From positions 1 through 61,095 of the forward strand of contig CAZZBO010000002.1 in NCBI GenBank assembly GCA_964652345.1: a DNA stretch of 61,095 nt, written 5' to 3'. Of this stretch, positions 7,995 through 17,848 are shown one piece after another (positions within the stretch are counted from its first letter, which is position 1; every line of letters starts with the position of its first letter). Under the pieces are notes generated by a model. The model was not told the origin of the DNA. It saw only the letters and a program-made list of their open reading frames with translations, and ran no database searches. This DNA is from an uncultured Candidatus Saccharibacteria bacterium. GTDB lineage: Bacteria > Patescibacteriota > UBA1384 > CAZZBO01. Both the position numbers and the translations under genes were made by a program.

Positions 7995-10414
7995 TTGATT
8001 TTGAATCCAGTATCAAAAAAAAATATGTAACGATAAAAATATTAGCAAATGGTCTGATTGGTAAAATCACAAAATATTTGAGTATAGTTTTATTCTTAAT
8101 AGGGCTTGGGTTGTTTTTAGTAGATAGAAACGGACTATTGGAAAATCAAATTTGGGGAATAATAACCAGCATAGGTTTAATAACTATTAGTTATGGGATA
8201 TTTTTAAATAACTATTCTTTTGATAAAAAAATTAATTCAAACAATTTGGCAGACAGAATAGATTATGAAATTCATATTCTTTGGAAAAAAACGAAAAATA
8301 ATAAAAATTTTATTCCTCTTTTTTTGTCAAATATCATCAACTCACTGGAGGGCAGGTTTATTTTTAACAGATTAGAATTAGATCCAGTTGTAACTTTGGA
8401 ATTAATCTACCAAGAATCTCAAAATAATATGATTGATTTTGCAAACATATCACAGATAGCAGACCAAAAAAGAGCTGACTTAAAGAAAAATGAGATTACT
8501 GCGGGTGATTATATTTCTGCACTATTTGAAGAGAATCAAAATTTGAAAGAGTGGCTCAATACTAGAAAGATCAATATAGAAGAAATTAACAAGATTGTTT
8601 ATTGGTGGGATAGACTTAAAAAAACAATTGAATCTACCCATGATAAAAAACAATCATGGTTCAAAATTGAACCAATAGGTCAGGAATGGTCAATGGGTTA
8701 TGCTAACGCTTTATTTTATTTTACTAAGAATATTTCAGAATATGTTAGGAAAAATATAAATTATATCCACATATACGGGAGAAGAAATGAAATATCTCAA
8801 TTAGAAAATGCTCTTTCTTCTTCTAAAGCTGCAAATGCCTTATTAGTAGGGCCTCCCGGTATTGGAAAATCAGCAATAGTTGAGGGATTAGCTTATAATA
8901 TTTTAAATAAAAATACTACTCCAACATTAAACAATAAAAGAGTTTATCAAGTAAATTCATCGTTTCTGTTTAGCGGAGTGAATACAACCTCTGAAGTTAA
9001 AAATCGACTAATGAAAATATTAAATGATCTAGCTCACTATGGAAATGGAATTTTATTTATTGAAGATATTCATAATTTCTTTGATTCATCAAACTCTAAA
9101 ATTGCGGCATCGGATTTTTCGGATGTAATATTGCCATATTTATCAAGTAATTTACAATTGATAGGATCAACCACATGGCAAGATTACCATGCCACAATTT
9201 CAAAAAATAGTTCACTCAATTCTTTATTTCATCAAATAGAAGTTACTGAACCAGATGATACTGTTTGCGAACTCATCCTAGAAGATATTGTGCCAATCTT
9301 TGAATCAAAAAATAAAGTTTTTATTACATTTTCTGCAATAAAATCAGCAATCTTACTTTCCAAGAGGTACATTCATGATGTTCCTCTGCCAGAAAAAGCA
9401 ATACAGTTGTTAGAACAGGGAGTATTGGAATGCGTAAAATCGAATAATGATCTCGTTAATGCCTCATATATGGAGTCCGTAGTTACAATAAAAACAAATG
9501 TGCCCTTAGGAGATATTTCAGAAGAAGAAGGAAATAAATTAAATAATATTGAAAATGAAATGCACGAACAGATTATTGGGCAAGATGAAGCAATTAAAGC
9601 TATTTCAAATGCTTTAAGAAGAAGCAGGGCAGGATTAACTGATGAAAAACGTCCCATCGGTTCTTTTTTGTTTCTTGGACCAACTGGTGTAGGAAAAACT
9701 GAAACTGCAAAAACATTAGCTAAAGTGTATTTTGGAAATGAAGCTTCAATGATTAGACTTGATATGAGTGAATATCAAGAAGTTGCCTCAATATCACGAT
9801 TGATAGGTGATAACGGCAATAGTGGATATTTAACCGACGCAGTATACGACAATCCCTTTAGTCTGGTTTTATTAGAAGAGTTGGAAAAGGCAAATAAAGA
9901 TTTATTAAATATCTTTCTTCAAGTATTAGAAGATGGTAGATTAACCGATGGTTTAGGTAGAACGATTGATTTTACAAATACGATAATAATTGCTACTTCA
10001 AATGCAGGAAGTCAACAAATCAATCAATTAATCAGACAAAATACTTCAGAAGAAGATCTAAAAAACAAAGTCATTGAATCAATAATTAATCAAAGAATTT
10101 ATCGTCCAGAGTTTATCAATCGATTTGATGGAGTAATAGTATTTAGATCTCTCAATTCTAGAGAAATTAAAGAAATAATTAAACTTATGCTTAAAGACAT
10201 TCAAAGAAATCTGGAATCAAAGCAAATCTTTATTGATTTTGACGATGATGTTGTAAATGATATTGCTAAAAAGGGTATTCATCCTGAATTTGGTGCAAGA
10301 CCGCTAAGAAGATACATACAAGACAACATAGAGAATAAAATAGCATCAATGCTCTTAAATAATGAGCTTCACGCAGGCCAAACATTGCGATTAAATATGA
10401 CAAATTTTTTATAA
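7991..10414 (+). CDS. atypical two-ring Clp/Hsp100-family AAA+ ATPase with an N-terminal membrane anchor
   Basis: Walker A GPPGIGKS and GPTGVGKT. Ring-2 motifs IIATSN, RPEFINRFD and GARPLRR, plus QVLEDGRLTDG. I prefer ATG 7991 (ATGA overlap) over the track's 7940. The N-terminal ~90 aa contain two long hydrophobic helices in place of a Clp N-domain. Confidence 0.85.
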   Translation: MIDFESSIKKKYVTIKILANGLIGKITKYLSIVLFLIGLGLFLVDRNGLLENQIWGIITSIGLITISYGIFLNNYSFDKKINSNNLADRIDYEIHILWKKTKNNKNFIPLFLSNIINSLEGRFIFNRLELDPVVTLELIYQESQNNMIDFANISQIADQKRADLKKNEITAGDYISALFEENQNLKEWLNTRKINIEEINKIVYWWDRLKKTIESTHDKKQSWFKIEPIGQEWSMGYANALFYFTKNISEYVRKNINYIHIYGRRNEISQLENALSSSKAANALLVGPPGIGKSAIVEGLAYNILNKNTTPTLNNKRVYQVNSSFLFSGVNTTSEVKNRLMKILNDLAHYGNGILFIEDIHNFFDSSNSKIAASDFSDVILPYLSSNLQLIGSTTWQDYHATISKNSSLNSLFHQIEVTEPDDTVCELILEDIVPIFESKNKVFITFSAIKSAILLSKRYIHDVPLPEKAIQLLEQGVLECVKSNNDLVNASYMESVVTIKTNVPLGDISEEEGNKLNNIENEMHEQIIGQDEAIKAISNALRRSRAGLTDEKRPIGSFLFLGPTGVGKTETAKTLAKVYFGNEASMIRLDMSEYQEVASISRLIGDNGNSGYLTDAVYDNPFSLVLLEELEKANKDLLNIFLQVLEDGRLTDGLGRTIDFTNTIIIATSNAGSQQINQLIRQNTSEEDLKNKVIESIINQRIYRPEFINRFDGVIVFRSLNSREIKEIIKLMLKDIQRNLESKQIFIDFDDDVVNDIAKKGIHPEFGARPLRRYIQDNIENKIASMLLNNELHAGQTLRLNMTNFL

Positions 10415-10543
10415 CCTGTGGATATCTTATTGGTAGAATATACTTTATAGAATAAAAAATGTCATTATAAAAAAAATACATAAACCTTGACATACCATAT
10501 ATAAAAGGACGAAAATAGTCATTAGGGAAAGGAGGTGATAAAA

Positions 10544-10744
10544 ATGGCATATTCTACAAAAAGTAAAAAAACCGGTGAAACATATTATCTGCACTCAAAA
10601 GATGTAACATTGAGAGGTGGAAGAAAGCAAACGATTTATTTCTTTGCTAGAGACGTTAGAGATGGAGCATTAGACGACATTCCGAGTGGTTATACAACTA
10701 TGGAAAACTCAAGAACTGGTCTACCAATGCTTAAAAAAGCTTAA
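10544..10744 (+). CDS. small basic hypothetical protein (66 aa)
   Basis: ATG 10544 lies 8 nt after GGAGG (10531-10535). Sequence is MAYSTKSKKTGETYYLHSKDVTLRGGRKQTIYFFA...GLPMLKKA. It is followed by a strong terminator. No family recognised. Confidence 0.6.
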   Translation: MAYSTKSKKTGETYYLHSKDVTLRGGRKQTIYFFARDVRDGALDDIPSGYTTMENSRTGLPMLKKA

Positions 10745-10770
10745 GTAAAACACATTTTTACCAATTAGAA

Positions 10771-10798
10771 AAAAGAGTCAAGTTGACTCTTTTTTCTT
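10771..10798 (+). terminator. rho-independent terminator
   Basis: AAAAGAGTC (10771-10779) / GACTCTTTT (10785-10793), a 9-bp stem with loop AAGTT, running into a T-tract. It lies 27 nt after the stop of the small basic protein gene. Confidence 0.75.
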
Positions 10799-10825
10799 GT
10801 AAAAGAAATTAGAAACAGTTATAAT
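10797..10825 (+). promoter_or_regulatory. sigma70-like promoter for the glycan-synthesis pair
   Basis: TTGTAA (10797-10802), 17-nt spacer, TATAAT (10820-10825). The -10 ends 13 nt before ATG 10839, and no SD lies in between. Confidence 0.5.
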
Positions 10826-10838
10826 TTACCTTGAAATT

Positions 10839-12209
10839 ATGAAAAAAATTAATCTTGTTTTAAAAGCGATATTGATTCCATTTGATATTTTAGCCATAGT
10901 ATTAGCTTTTACAACCGCATATTTTTATAGGTCAAATGGGTTTATTATTTACCTTTGGCCATTCTATGATTTTTTAAGATTTGTTTTGACATTTTCACTT
11001 ATTTGGATAGCAATATTTACGTTACTTGGTCTTTATTCGTTTAGGATTAAGTATAAATTTTGGGACGAAATATCTAAAATCTTGATAGGATCCCTGTCGG
11101 GGTGGTCCCTATTCATAGTGCTTATTTATTTTATAAAATCTGAACAAACTCTGGCGTTACCCAGATTAGTATTAGCATTATCTTTATTTTTAATACCTGC
11201 GTACATTATAATGGCTCATTACATTATAAATCTTATAGCTAAATTTATTTATCTTGGCGGAAAAAATTTAACAAAAATTAAACTTATTGGAACAAGTAAT
11301 AGATTGTCTGAACACATTATTCAAGAATTAAATAAATCTTTAACAGACGGTTATATATACTGTGGCATTATCAGTAACAAAACTATAGATGAGATAATTT
11401 TTAAATTAAAAAAATCAATGCCTGATGAAATTTGGTTACTAGATAATAATATTCTACATATTGAAAAAGGAGCGCTTATAAATTTTTGTGAAGAAAAAAA
11501 TATCAATATTAAAGTAATACCTCAAGTTTATGAAATAAGAACTTTAAATGTGAAAATTGATTCATTTGCAGGCATTACATTCTTACAGTTTTTAAGATCT
11601 CCACTTGAAGGATGGGGAAGAATAGTAAAGAGATTTATTGATATAGTTTTTTCAATTTTGATTTTAATAATATTGCTACCTCTTTATATAACTTCTACTA
11701 TTCTTGTTTTAATATCTTCAACTGGTCCAATATTGTATACTCACAAGCGGATTGGTCAGGATGGAAAAATTTTTAAAATTTATAAATTTCGTTCAATGTT
11801 TGTCGGTGCAGAGGATAAATATCAACATCATTGGTCAGTAAAAGATGAATCATCGGACCCAAGAATTACTCCAGTTGGAAAATTTTTAAGAAAAACCAAC
11901 TTAGACGAACTCCCTCAAATTATCAATGTCTTAAAGGGAGATATGAGTTTTGTTGGTCCTCGGCCAGAACAACAAGATTATGTAGAAAAATTTTCTCTAG
12001 AAATTCCTCATTATATGAAAAGACATTATGTAAAATCTGGAGTTACAGGTTGGGCGCAAATTAACGGTTTAAGAGGAGATACTTCGGTCGAAGAAAGAGT
12101 AAAATATGATCTTTTTTATATCCAGCATTGGTCTTTGTGGTTTGATTTTAGAATAATAATAAGAACAATTAAAATTTTTATCTTGCAAATTATTGGAAAA
12201 AAAATATGA
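10839..12209 (+). CDS. polyprenyl-phosphate glycosyl-1-phosphate transferase (bacterial sugar transferase, WbaP/ExoY-like)
   Basis: 456 aa. N-terminal TM helices. The C-terminal domain has PRITPVGKFLRKTNLDELPQIINVLKGDMSFVGPRP and GVTGWAQINGLRG, the bacterial sugar transferase signature. Confidence 0.9.
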   Translation: MKKINLVLKAILIPFDILAIVLAFTTAYFYRSNGFIIYLWPFYDFLRFVLTFSLIWIAIFTLLGLYSFRIKYKFWDEISKILIGSLSGWSLFIVLIYFIKSEQTLALPRLVLALSLFLIPAYIIMAHYIINLIAKFIYLGGKNLTKIKLIGTSNRLSEHIIQELNKSLTDGYIYCGIISNKTIDEIIFKLKKSMPDEIWLLDNNILHIEKGALINFCEEKNINIKVIPQVYEIRTLNVKIDSFAGITFLQFLRSPLEGWGRIVKRFIDIVFSILILIILLPLYITSTILVLISSTGPILYTHKRIGQDGKIFKIYKFRSMFVGAEDKYQHHWSVKDESSDPRITPVGKFLRKTNLDELPQIINVLKGDMSFVGPRPEQQDYVEKFSLEIPHYMKRHYVKSGVTGWAQINGLRGDTSVEERVKYDLFYIQHWSLWFDFRIIIRTIKIFILQIIGKKI

Positions 12210-13309
12210 AAATACTTCTTGCTCATGATTTTTTAAATCAATGGGGCGGTGGTGAGAGGGTTTTGAAAATTTTTTATAATATGTATTCTCACCCGCAAAT
12301 ATTTACTATTACTTGGGATAAAAACAAGGTAAATCTATTTAAAAAAAATAAAATATCAACTTCTTTTATTCAAAAATTACCATTTGGGATAAATAAATAT
12401 AAATGGTATTTGATGTTAATGCCAAAGGCAGTGGAAAAATTTAAATTTTTTAATACTGACGTAGTTCTCTCTGATTGTTCGGGGTTGATCAAAGGAATAA
12501 ATATTCCAAAAGATACCCTTCATGTTTGTTATTTGCATACTACTACTAGATATTTAACAGTTGACTTGGATTATTTTCAATATTCTGTTCCAAAATTATT
12601 ACATCCAATCCTACCCTTACTTTTAAAACAATTAAAAAAATGGGATTATCAAGCCAGCCAAAAACCAAATTATTATATTGCAAATTCAAACACTACTGCA
12701 TTAAGATTACAAAAATATTACAATCGAACAGCAGATGCGATAGTATTTCCCCCTGTAGAAACAGATGTGTTTTATAAAAAGAATACAGATATAAAAAAGG
12801 ATTACTATCTAATAGCGGGAAGATTGGCACCATATAAGAAATGTGATTTAGCAATCAAGGTATTTAATAAAATAAAAAAACCACTTTATGTAATAGGCAC
12901 GGGCGTTGATGAAGATAACCTAAAAAAAATAGCCGAAAAAAATATATGCTTTAAAGGAAGTATAAGTGATGAACAATTAAGAAAATATTATAGTGAAGCG
13001 AAAGCGGTAATTTTCCCGCCACTGGAAGATGCCGGTATGGTACCGCTTGAAGCAATGGCATGCGGCACTCCTGTAATAGCATATGGCAAGGGTGGGGCAA
13101 GAGAATCCATAGAAGAGAATAAAACAGGTATATTTTTTGATAATCAAACAGAAGAAGATTTATTGAAAGCTATACAAAAATTCGAAAAAACAAAATTTGA
13201 CAGTGATTATATTATTAAATATAGCCAAAAATTTTCTTCAGAAAAGTTTCAAAAAAAAATTTCAGATTTCGTCAAGGAAAAATATATACTATTTTCAAAA
13301 AAAAATTAA
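12206..13309 (+). CDS. glycosyltransferase, GT4/Glycos_transf_1-like
   Basis: 367 aa. The C-terminal EDAGMVPLEAMACGTPVIAYGKGGARESI is an E-x7-E type motif. ATGA overlap with the upstream gene. Confidence 0.85.
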   Translation: MKILLAHDFLNQWGGGERVLKIFYNMYSHPQIFTITWDKNKVNLFKKNKISTSFIQKLPFGINKYKWYLMLMPKAVEKFKFFNTDVVLSDCSGLIKGINIPKDTLHVCYLHTTTRYLTVDLDYFQYSVPKLLHPILPLLLKQLKKWDYQASQKPNYYIANSNTTALRLQKYYNRTADAIVFPPVETDVFYKKNTDIKKDYYLIAGRLAPYKKCDLAIKVFNKIKKPLYVIGTGVDEDNLKKIAEKNICFKGSISDEQLRKYYSEAKAVIFPPLEDAGMVPLEAMACGTPVIAYGKGGARESIEENKTGIFFDNQTEEDLLKAIQKFEKTKFDSDYIIKYSQKFSSEKFQKKISDFVKEKYILFSKKN

Positions 13310-13329
13310 CTTCAAGTCAAGTTTGAAGC

Positions 13330-13358
13330 TTGCCAAGAAGATATTTTTTTAATATACT
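13330..13358 (+). promoter_or_regulatory. candidate promoter immediately upstream of gyrB
   Basis: TTGCCA (13330-13335), 17-nt spacer, TATACT (13353-13358). The -10 ends 8 nt before the gyrB ATG (13367). Confidence 0.4.
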
Positions 13359-13366
13359 AAATTCAT

Positions 13367-15298
13367 ATGTCTGAAGAAAAAAATACAAACAACTATACAG
13401 CGCACTCAATTACAGTATTGGAAGGACTTGATCCGGTTCGAAAAAGACCCGGAATGTATATAGGTGGCACAGGAATCGAAGGTCTTCATCATCTTGTCTG
13501 GGAAGTTTTAGATAATGCGATAGACGAAGCAATGGGGGGTTATGCAGACACAGTTACAGTGCGTCTTTTGGAAAATAATTATGTTTCGGTGGAAGATAAC
13601 GGAAGGGGGATACCCGTTGATATTCACCCTCAAACAAATAAATCAGCTCTTGAAACTGTTTTAACAACTTTGCATGCTGGGGGGAAATTTGGAGGGGAAG
13701 GTTATAAAGTTTCAGGCGGACTACATGGTGTAGGAGTTTCAGTAGTAAATGCTTTATCAAAGGTCACTATCGCAGAAATTTATCGTGATGGAAAAATATA
13801 TAAACAATCTTATTCTAAGGGTGTCGCAGATTCCGATGTAGAAATTATCGGTTCCACTGAGAAACAAGGCACTAAAATTACTTTTTTGGCAGATGATGAA
13901 ATATTTGAAACAATAAAATATAGCTGGACAACTATCAAAGACAGATGTAGACAACAAGCATATTTGACAGGAAAAATTAATATTTTAATTAAAGATGAAA
14001 GAAATAGTGAAAAAATAAAAAAATACCGTTTTTATTTTGAAGGTGGAGTTGCGAGTTATGTAAAATATTTATCCGGAAATAAAAAATTATTAGCAGATCC
14101 TCCAATATTTATTAGCAAAACAGTTGATAATACACAGGTAGAAATAGGCATAAGCTATATAAACGATTATAACGAACATTTATATTCATTTGCCAATAAT
14201 ATAATTACACCAGAAGGCGGAACTCATTTGACAGGTTTTAGAACTGCATTAACTAGAGCCATAAATGATTATGCAAAAAAATTTAATCTTACTAAAAGTT
14301 CAGAATCAGCTTTAACGGGAGACGATGTAAGAGAAGGACTTGTTGCGATAGTCTCTGTTAAATTACAAAATCCTCAATTTGAAGGACAAACCAAAGCTAA
14401 GTTAGGAAACCCCGAAATTAGAATGATTGTAGATTCTGTTTGCGCAGAGGGCGTAGCAGAATATTTAGGAGAACATCCGCAAGAATCAAAAAGAATTATC
14501 GAAAAATGTTATCTGTCTGCAAATGCTAGATTGGCCGCAAAAGCTGCAAGAGAAACTGTTATAAGAAAAGGCGCTTTAGAGGGTATGACTTTGCCTGGAA
14601 AATTAGCAGATTGCAGTGAGAAAAATCCTGCAAAAAGTGAACTCTTCATAGTTGAGGGAGATTCGGCAGGAGGTTCAGCAAAACAGGGGAGAGATAGAAA
14701 GAACCAAGCAATACTGCCATTAAGAGGTAAGATATTGAATGTTGAACGAGCCAGATTAGACAGAATGCTATCTTCTGATGAGATTAAAGCATTAATAGTA
14801 GCTATGGGGGCAGGCATAGGAGAACAGTTGAATATCGCTAAGATGCGATATCATAGAATTATTATAATGACTGACGCTGATGTAGATGGTTCGCATATTA
14901 GAACATTATTGCTAACATTCTTTTTTAGACATTTCTCGGAAGTAGTAAGCAGTGGATATATTTATATCGCTCAACCACCGTTGTATGCAATAAATTATGG
15001 AAAAGATAAATATTACGCATATAGCGATGAAGAAAGAGATAATACAATTGAAAAAATTAAACAAAAAGAAAAAAAATTAAATTATGTGATTCAAAGATAT
15101 AAGGGTTTGGGAGAAATGAACCCTGAACAGCTATGGGAGACAACTATGGATCCTGAAAAAAGAATGATTTGGAGAGTGACAAACGAAGATGCGGAAAAGG
15201 CAGACGAGACATTTTCAATGTTGATGGGAGAAGAAGTCTTACCTCGCAAAAAATTTATTCAAACACATGCCATTAGCGTAAAGAATCTAGACATCTAA
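13367..15298 (+). CDS. gyrB: DNA gyrase subunit B
   Basis: 643 aa. Motifs LEGLDPVRKRPGMYIG, EGDSAGG, PLRGKILNVE and IMTDADVDGSHI. Confidence 0.98.
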   Translation: MSEEKNTNNYTAHSITVLEGLDPVRKRPGMYIGGTGIEGLHHLVWEVLDNAIDEAMGGYADTVTVRLLENNYVSVEDNGRGIPVDIHPQTNKSALETVLTTLHAGGKFGGEGYKVSGGLHGVGVSVVNALSKVTIAEIYRDGKIYKQSYSKGVADSDVEIIGSTEKQGTKITFLADDEIFETIKYSWTTIKDRCRQQAYLTGKINILIKDERNSEKIKKYRFYFEGGVASYVKYLSGNKKLLADPPIFISKTVDNTQVEIGISYINDYNEHLYSFANNIITPEGGTHLTGFRTALTRAINDYAKKFNLTKSSESALTGDDVREGLVAIVSVKLQNPQFEGQTKAKLGNPEIRMIVDSVCAEGVAEYLGEHPQESKRIIEKCYLSANARLAAKAARETVIRKGALEGMTLPGKLADCSEKNPAKSELFIVEGDSAGGSAKQGRDRKNQAILPLRGKILNVERARLDRMLSSDEIKALIVAMGAGIGEQLNIAKMRYHRIIIMTDADVDGSHIRTLLLTFFFRHFSEVVSSGYIYIAQPPLYAINYGKDKYYAYSDEERDNTIEKIKQKEKKLNYVIQRYKGLGEMNPEQLWETTMDPEKRMIWRVTNEDAEKADETFSMLMGEEVLPRKKFIQTHAISVKNLDI

Positions 15299-15307
15299 TA
15301 AATAATT

Positions 15308-17848
15308 ATGGAAGAAGAAAAAAACAAATCAAATCAAGATAACGATTCCAATCAAGATTCTGCTGTTGAACCAATAAAATTTTCACAAGAAGAAGGAATT
15401 GGAAAAGTAGGAATAAGACCGATTGAAATAGAAATGCGTCAATCGTATTTGGATTATGCAATGAGTGTAATAGTAGCTCGCGCTTTGCCGGATGTAAGAG
15501 ATGGTTTAAAACCGGTTCATAGAAGAGTTTTGTATTCTATGAATGAAATTGGATTAAAATCAAATGTAAAATTTCGAAAATCTGCCGCAGTTGTAGGAGA
15601 TGTTCTCGGAAAATATCATCCTCACGGAGATATGGCTGTTTATGACACAATGGTAAGAATGGCTCAATCTTTTTCTATGAGATACCCCTTGATTGACGGT
15701 CAGGGAAATTTTGGCTCGATGGATGGAGATTCTCCAGCGGCTCCAAGGTATACTGAAGCAAGAATGACGGCTATATCTGATGAATTGCTAAACGATATAG
15801 AAAAAGAAACTATCTCTTGGAGAGATAATTATGATTCTACCAGAAAAGAACCAGAGGTGCTTCCTGCAAAATTACCAAACTTGCTATTAAACGGGACGCT
15901 GGGAATCGCAGTAGGAATGGCAACAAATATTCCTCCTCACAATCTGACAGAAATATCTGACGGAATTACTTATCTCATAGAAAATCCGGAATGCGACTCA
16001 GAAGATTTGATGAAGTTTGTAAAAGGACCTGATTTTCCAACAGGAGGAACCATCTTCAATCAAAAAGATATTCTAGGTGCTTATGCTACGGGCAAGGGAA
16101 AGATTATCATAAGAGCTAAAGCTATGATAGAGGAATTAAAAAATGGATTTCGTATCGTAGTAAGTGAATTACCCTATCAGGTAAACAAGGCTGAACTTAT
16201 TTCAAAAATTGCTGATTTAGTAAAAAATAAAAAAATTGAAGGAATAACAGATCTAAGAGATGAATCCGATCGTAATGATTCTGTAAGAATTATTATTGAT
16301 TTAAAAAGTAATTCTTATCCAAAAAAAATATTGAACCAATTATATGAAATGACTGCAATGCAAACAGCATTTCATGTAAATATGCTAGCGCTTATAAATG
16401 GAATTGAACCACGTGTTTTGACACTTAAAACTATTTTGCAAGAATATATTAAACATCGGCAATTGGTTGTAACAAAAAGAACACAGTTTGATCTAAAAAA
16501 AGCACAAGAAAGAGCTCATATTTTAGAAGGTTTATTGAAAGCTCTTGATGTAATCGATCAAGTAATAGATACGATTAGAAGATCCGCAAATAGAGATGAG
16601 GCAAAGAAAAATTTAATGAACAAGTTTGGTTTTTCGGATGTTCAGACAGATGCGATTTTAGAGATGAGATTATCAGCTTTAGCCGCGTTGGAAAGAAGTA
16701 AAGTCAAAGCAGAATACGATGAAAAAATCAAACTGATTGAATATTTGGAAGATTTACTTTCTCATAAAGAGAAAATATTAGATTTAATAAAAAATGAGAT
16801 AAAAGAATTAAAAGAAAAATTTGGAGATGAGAGAAGAACAGAAATTAATCCTGGACCAGCCGGAGACTTTTCAGCTATTGATTTAATTCCAGATGAAACA
16901 GTGGTGATTACTCTTACAAAAGGTAACTATATTAAGAGAGTTCCAATAGATACCTATAGATCTCAAGTAAGAGGAGGTAAGGGAATTTTAGGAATGAGTA
17001 CAAAAGAAGAAGACACGGTTGAACATTTAATTGTGGCAAGCACCCATGACGATATTTACTTTTTTTCAAAAACAGGCAAAATCTTTAAAACAAAGGTATA
17101 TGAAGTTCCAATAGCTTCAAGGCAGGCAAAAGGACAAGCAATGGTAAATGTTGTTCAAATGAGTCCGGATGATAAAATTACTACAGCATTTGCGATTTCA
17201 AAAAAAGAAGCTGAAAAGAAAAAATATTTTCTTTTTTCTACCTCAAAAGGAGTTATAAAAAAATCACTAATTGAAGCTTACAATAATGTCAGAAAGACTG
17301 GAATTCTGGCAATTAAATTAAATCAGGGTGATACATTAAAATGGGTAAAGACAACCACTGGAAATGATCATATCATTCAAGTTTGTTCAAATGGACAATC
17401 TATCCACTACCTTGAGACAGACTGTCGTCCTCTTGGCAGATCAACTGCAGGAATGCGCGGCATTAATCTCAAGGGAGATGGAGAAATTGTGGGGTTGGGG
17501 GTATTTGACCAAGAGAGCGTTGAAAAAGATCCATTTGTGGTTACGGTTATGGAAAGAGGATTTGGAAAACGAACCAAGTTGAGTTTATTTACTCTTCAAA
17601 AAAGAGGTGGAATGGGAATTAAAGCGGCAAATGTCACGACAAAAACTGGAAAAATTATATCAATGCTCACAGTACTTGATGGAAAAGGAGATTTACTTAT
17701 TGTTTCTGCAATGGGTCAAATGATTAGAATAGCGATGGAAAATGTCAAAAAACTTGGCAGGGATACACAGGGCGTAACATTGATCAGATTAGATCCAAAA
17801 GATAAGGTTACATCGGTAAGCATTATTAGTGAGGAAACAAATGAATGA
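15308..17848 (+). CDS. gyrA: DNA gyrase subunit A
   Basis: 846 aa. Motifs [17 protein letters not shown] and GKYHPHGD, an active-site Tyr context AAPRYTE, and C-terminal beta-pinwheel repeats. Confidence 0.98.
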   Translation: MEEEKNKSNQDNDSNQDSAVEPIKFSQEEGIGKVGIRPIEIEMRQSYLDYAMSVIVARALPDVRDGLKPVHRRVLYSMNEIGLKSNVKFRKSAAVVGDVLGKYHPHGDMAVYDTMVRMAQSFSMRYPLIDGQGNFGSMDGDSPAAPRYTEARMTAISDELLNDIEKETISWRDNYDSTRKEPEVLPAKLPNLLLNGTLGIAVGMATNIPPHNLTEISDGITYLIENPECDSEDLMKFVKGPDFPTGGTIFNQKDILGAYATGKGKIIIRAKAMIEELKNGFRIVVSELPYQVNKAELISKIADLVKNKKIEGITDLRDESDRNDSVRIIIDLKSNSYPKKILNQLYEMTAMQTAFHVNMLALINGIEPRVLTLKTILQEYIKHRQLVVTKRTQFDLKKAQERAHILEGLLKALDVIDQVIDTIRRSANRDEAKKNLMNKFGFSDVQTDAILEMRLSALAALERSKVKAEYDEKIKLIEYLEDLLSHKEKILDLIKNEIKELKEKFGDERRTEINPGPAGDFSAIDLIPDETVVITLTKGNYIKRVPIDTYRSQVRGGKGILGMSTKEEDTVEHLIVASTHDDIYFFSKTGKIFKTKVYEVPIASRQAKGQAMVNVVQMSPDDKITTAFAISKKEAEKKKYFLFSTSKGVIKKSLIEAYNNVRKTGILAIKLNQGDTLKWVKTTTGNDHIIQVCSNGQSIHYLETDCRPLGRSTAGMRGINLKGDGEIVGLGVFDQESVEKDPFVVTVMERGFGKRTKLSLFTLQKRGGMGIKAANVTTKTGKIISMLTVLDGKGDLLIVSAMGQMIRIAMENVKKLGRDTQGVTLIRLDPKDKVTSVSIISEETNE

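Noticed and set aside
13310-13350. Hairpin CTTCAA (13310-13315) / TTGAAG (13323-13328) after the GT4 gene, as a terminator.
   Set aside because: The T-tract (13344-13350) is 16 nt away from the stem, and the region doubles as the proposed gyrB promoter. This is too weak to call.
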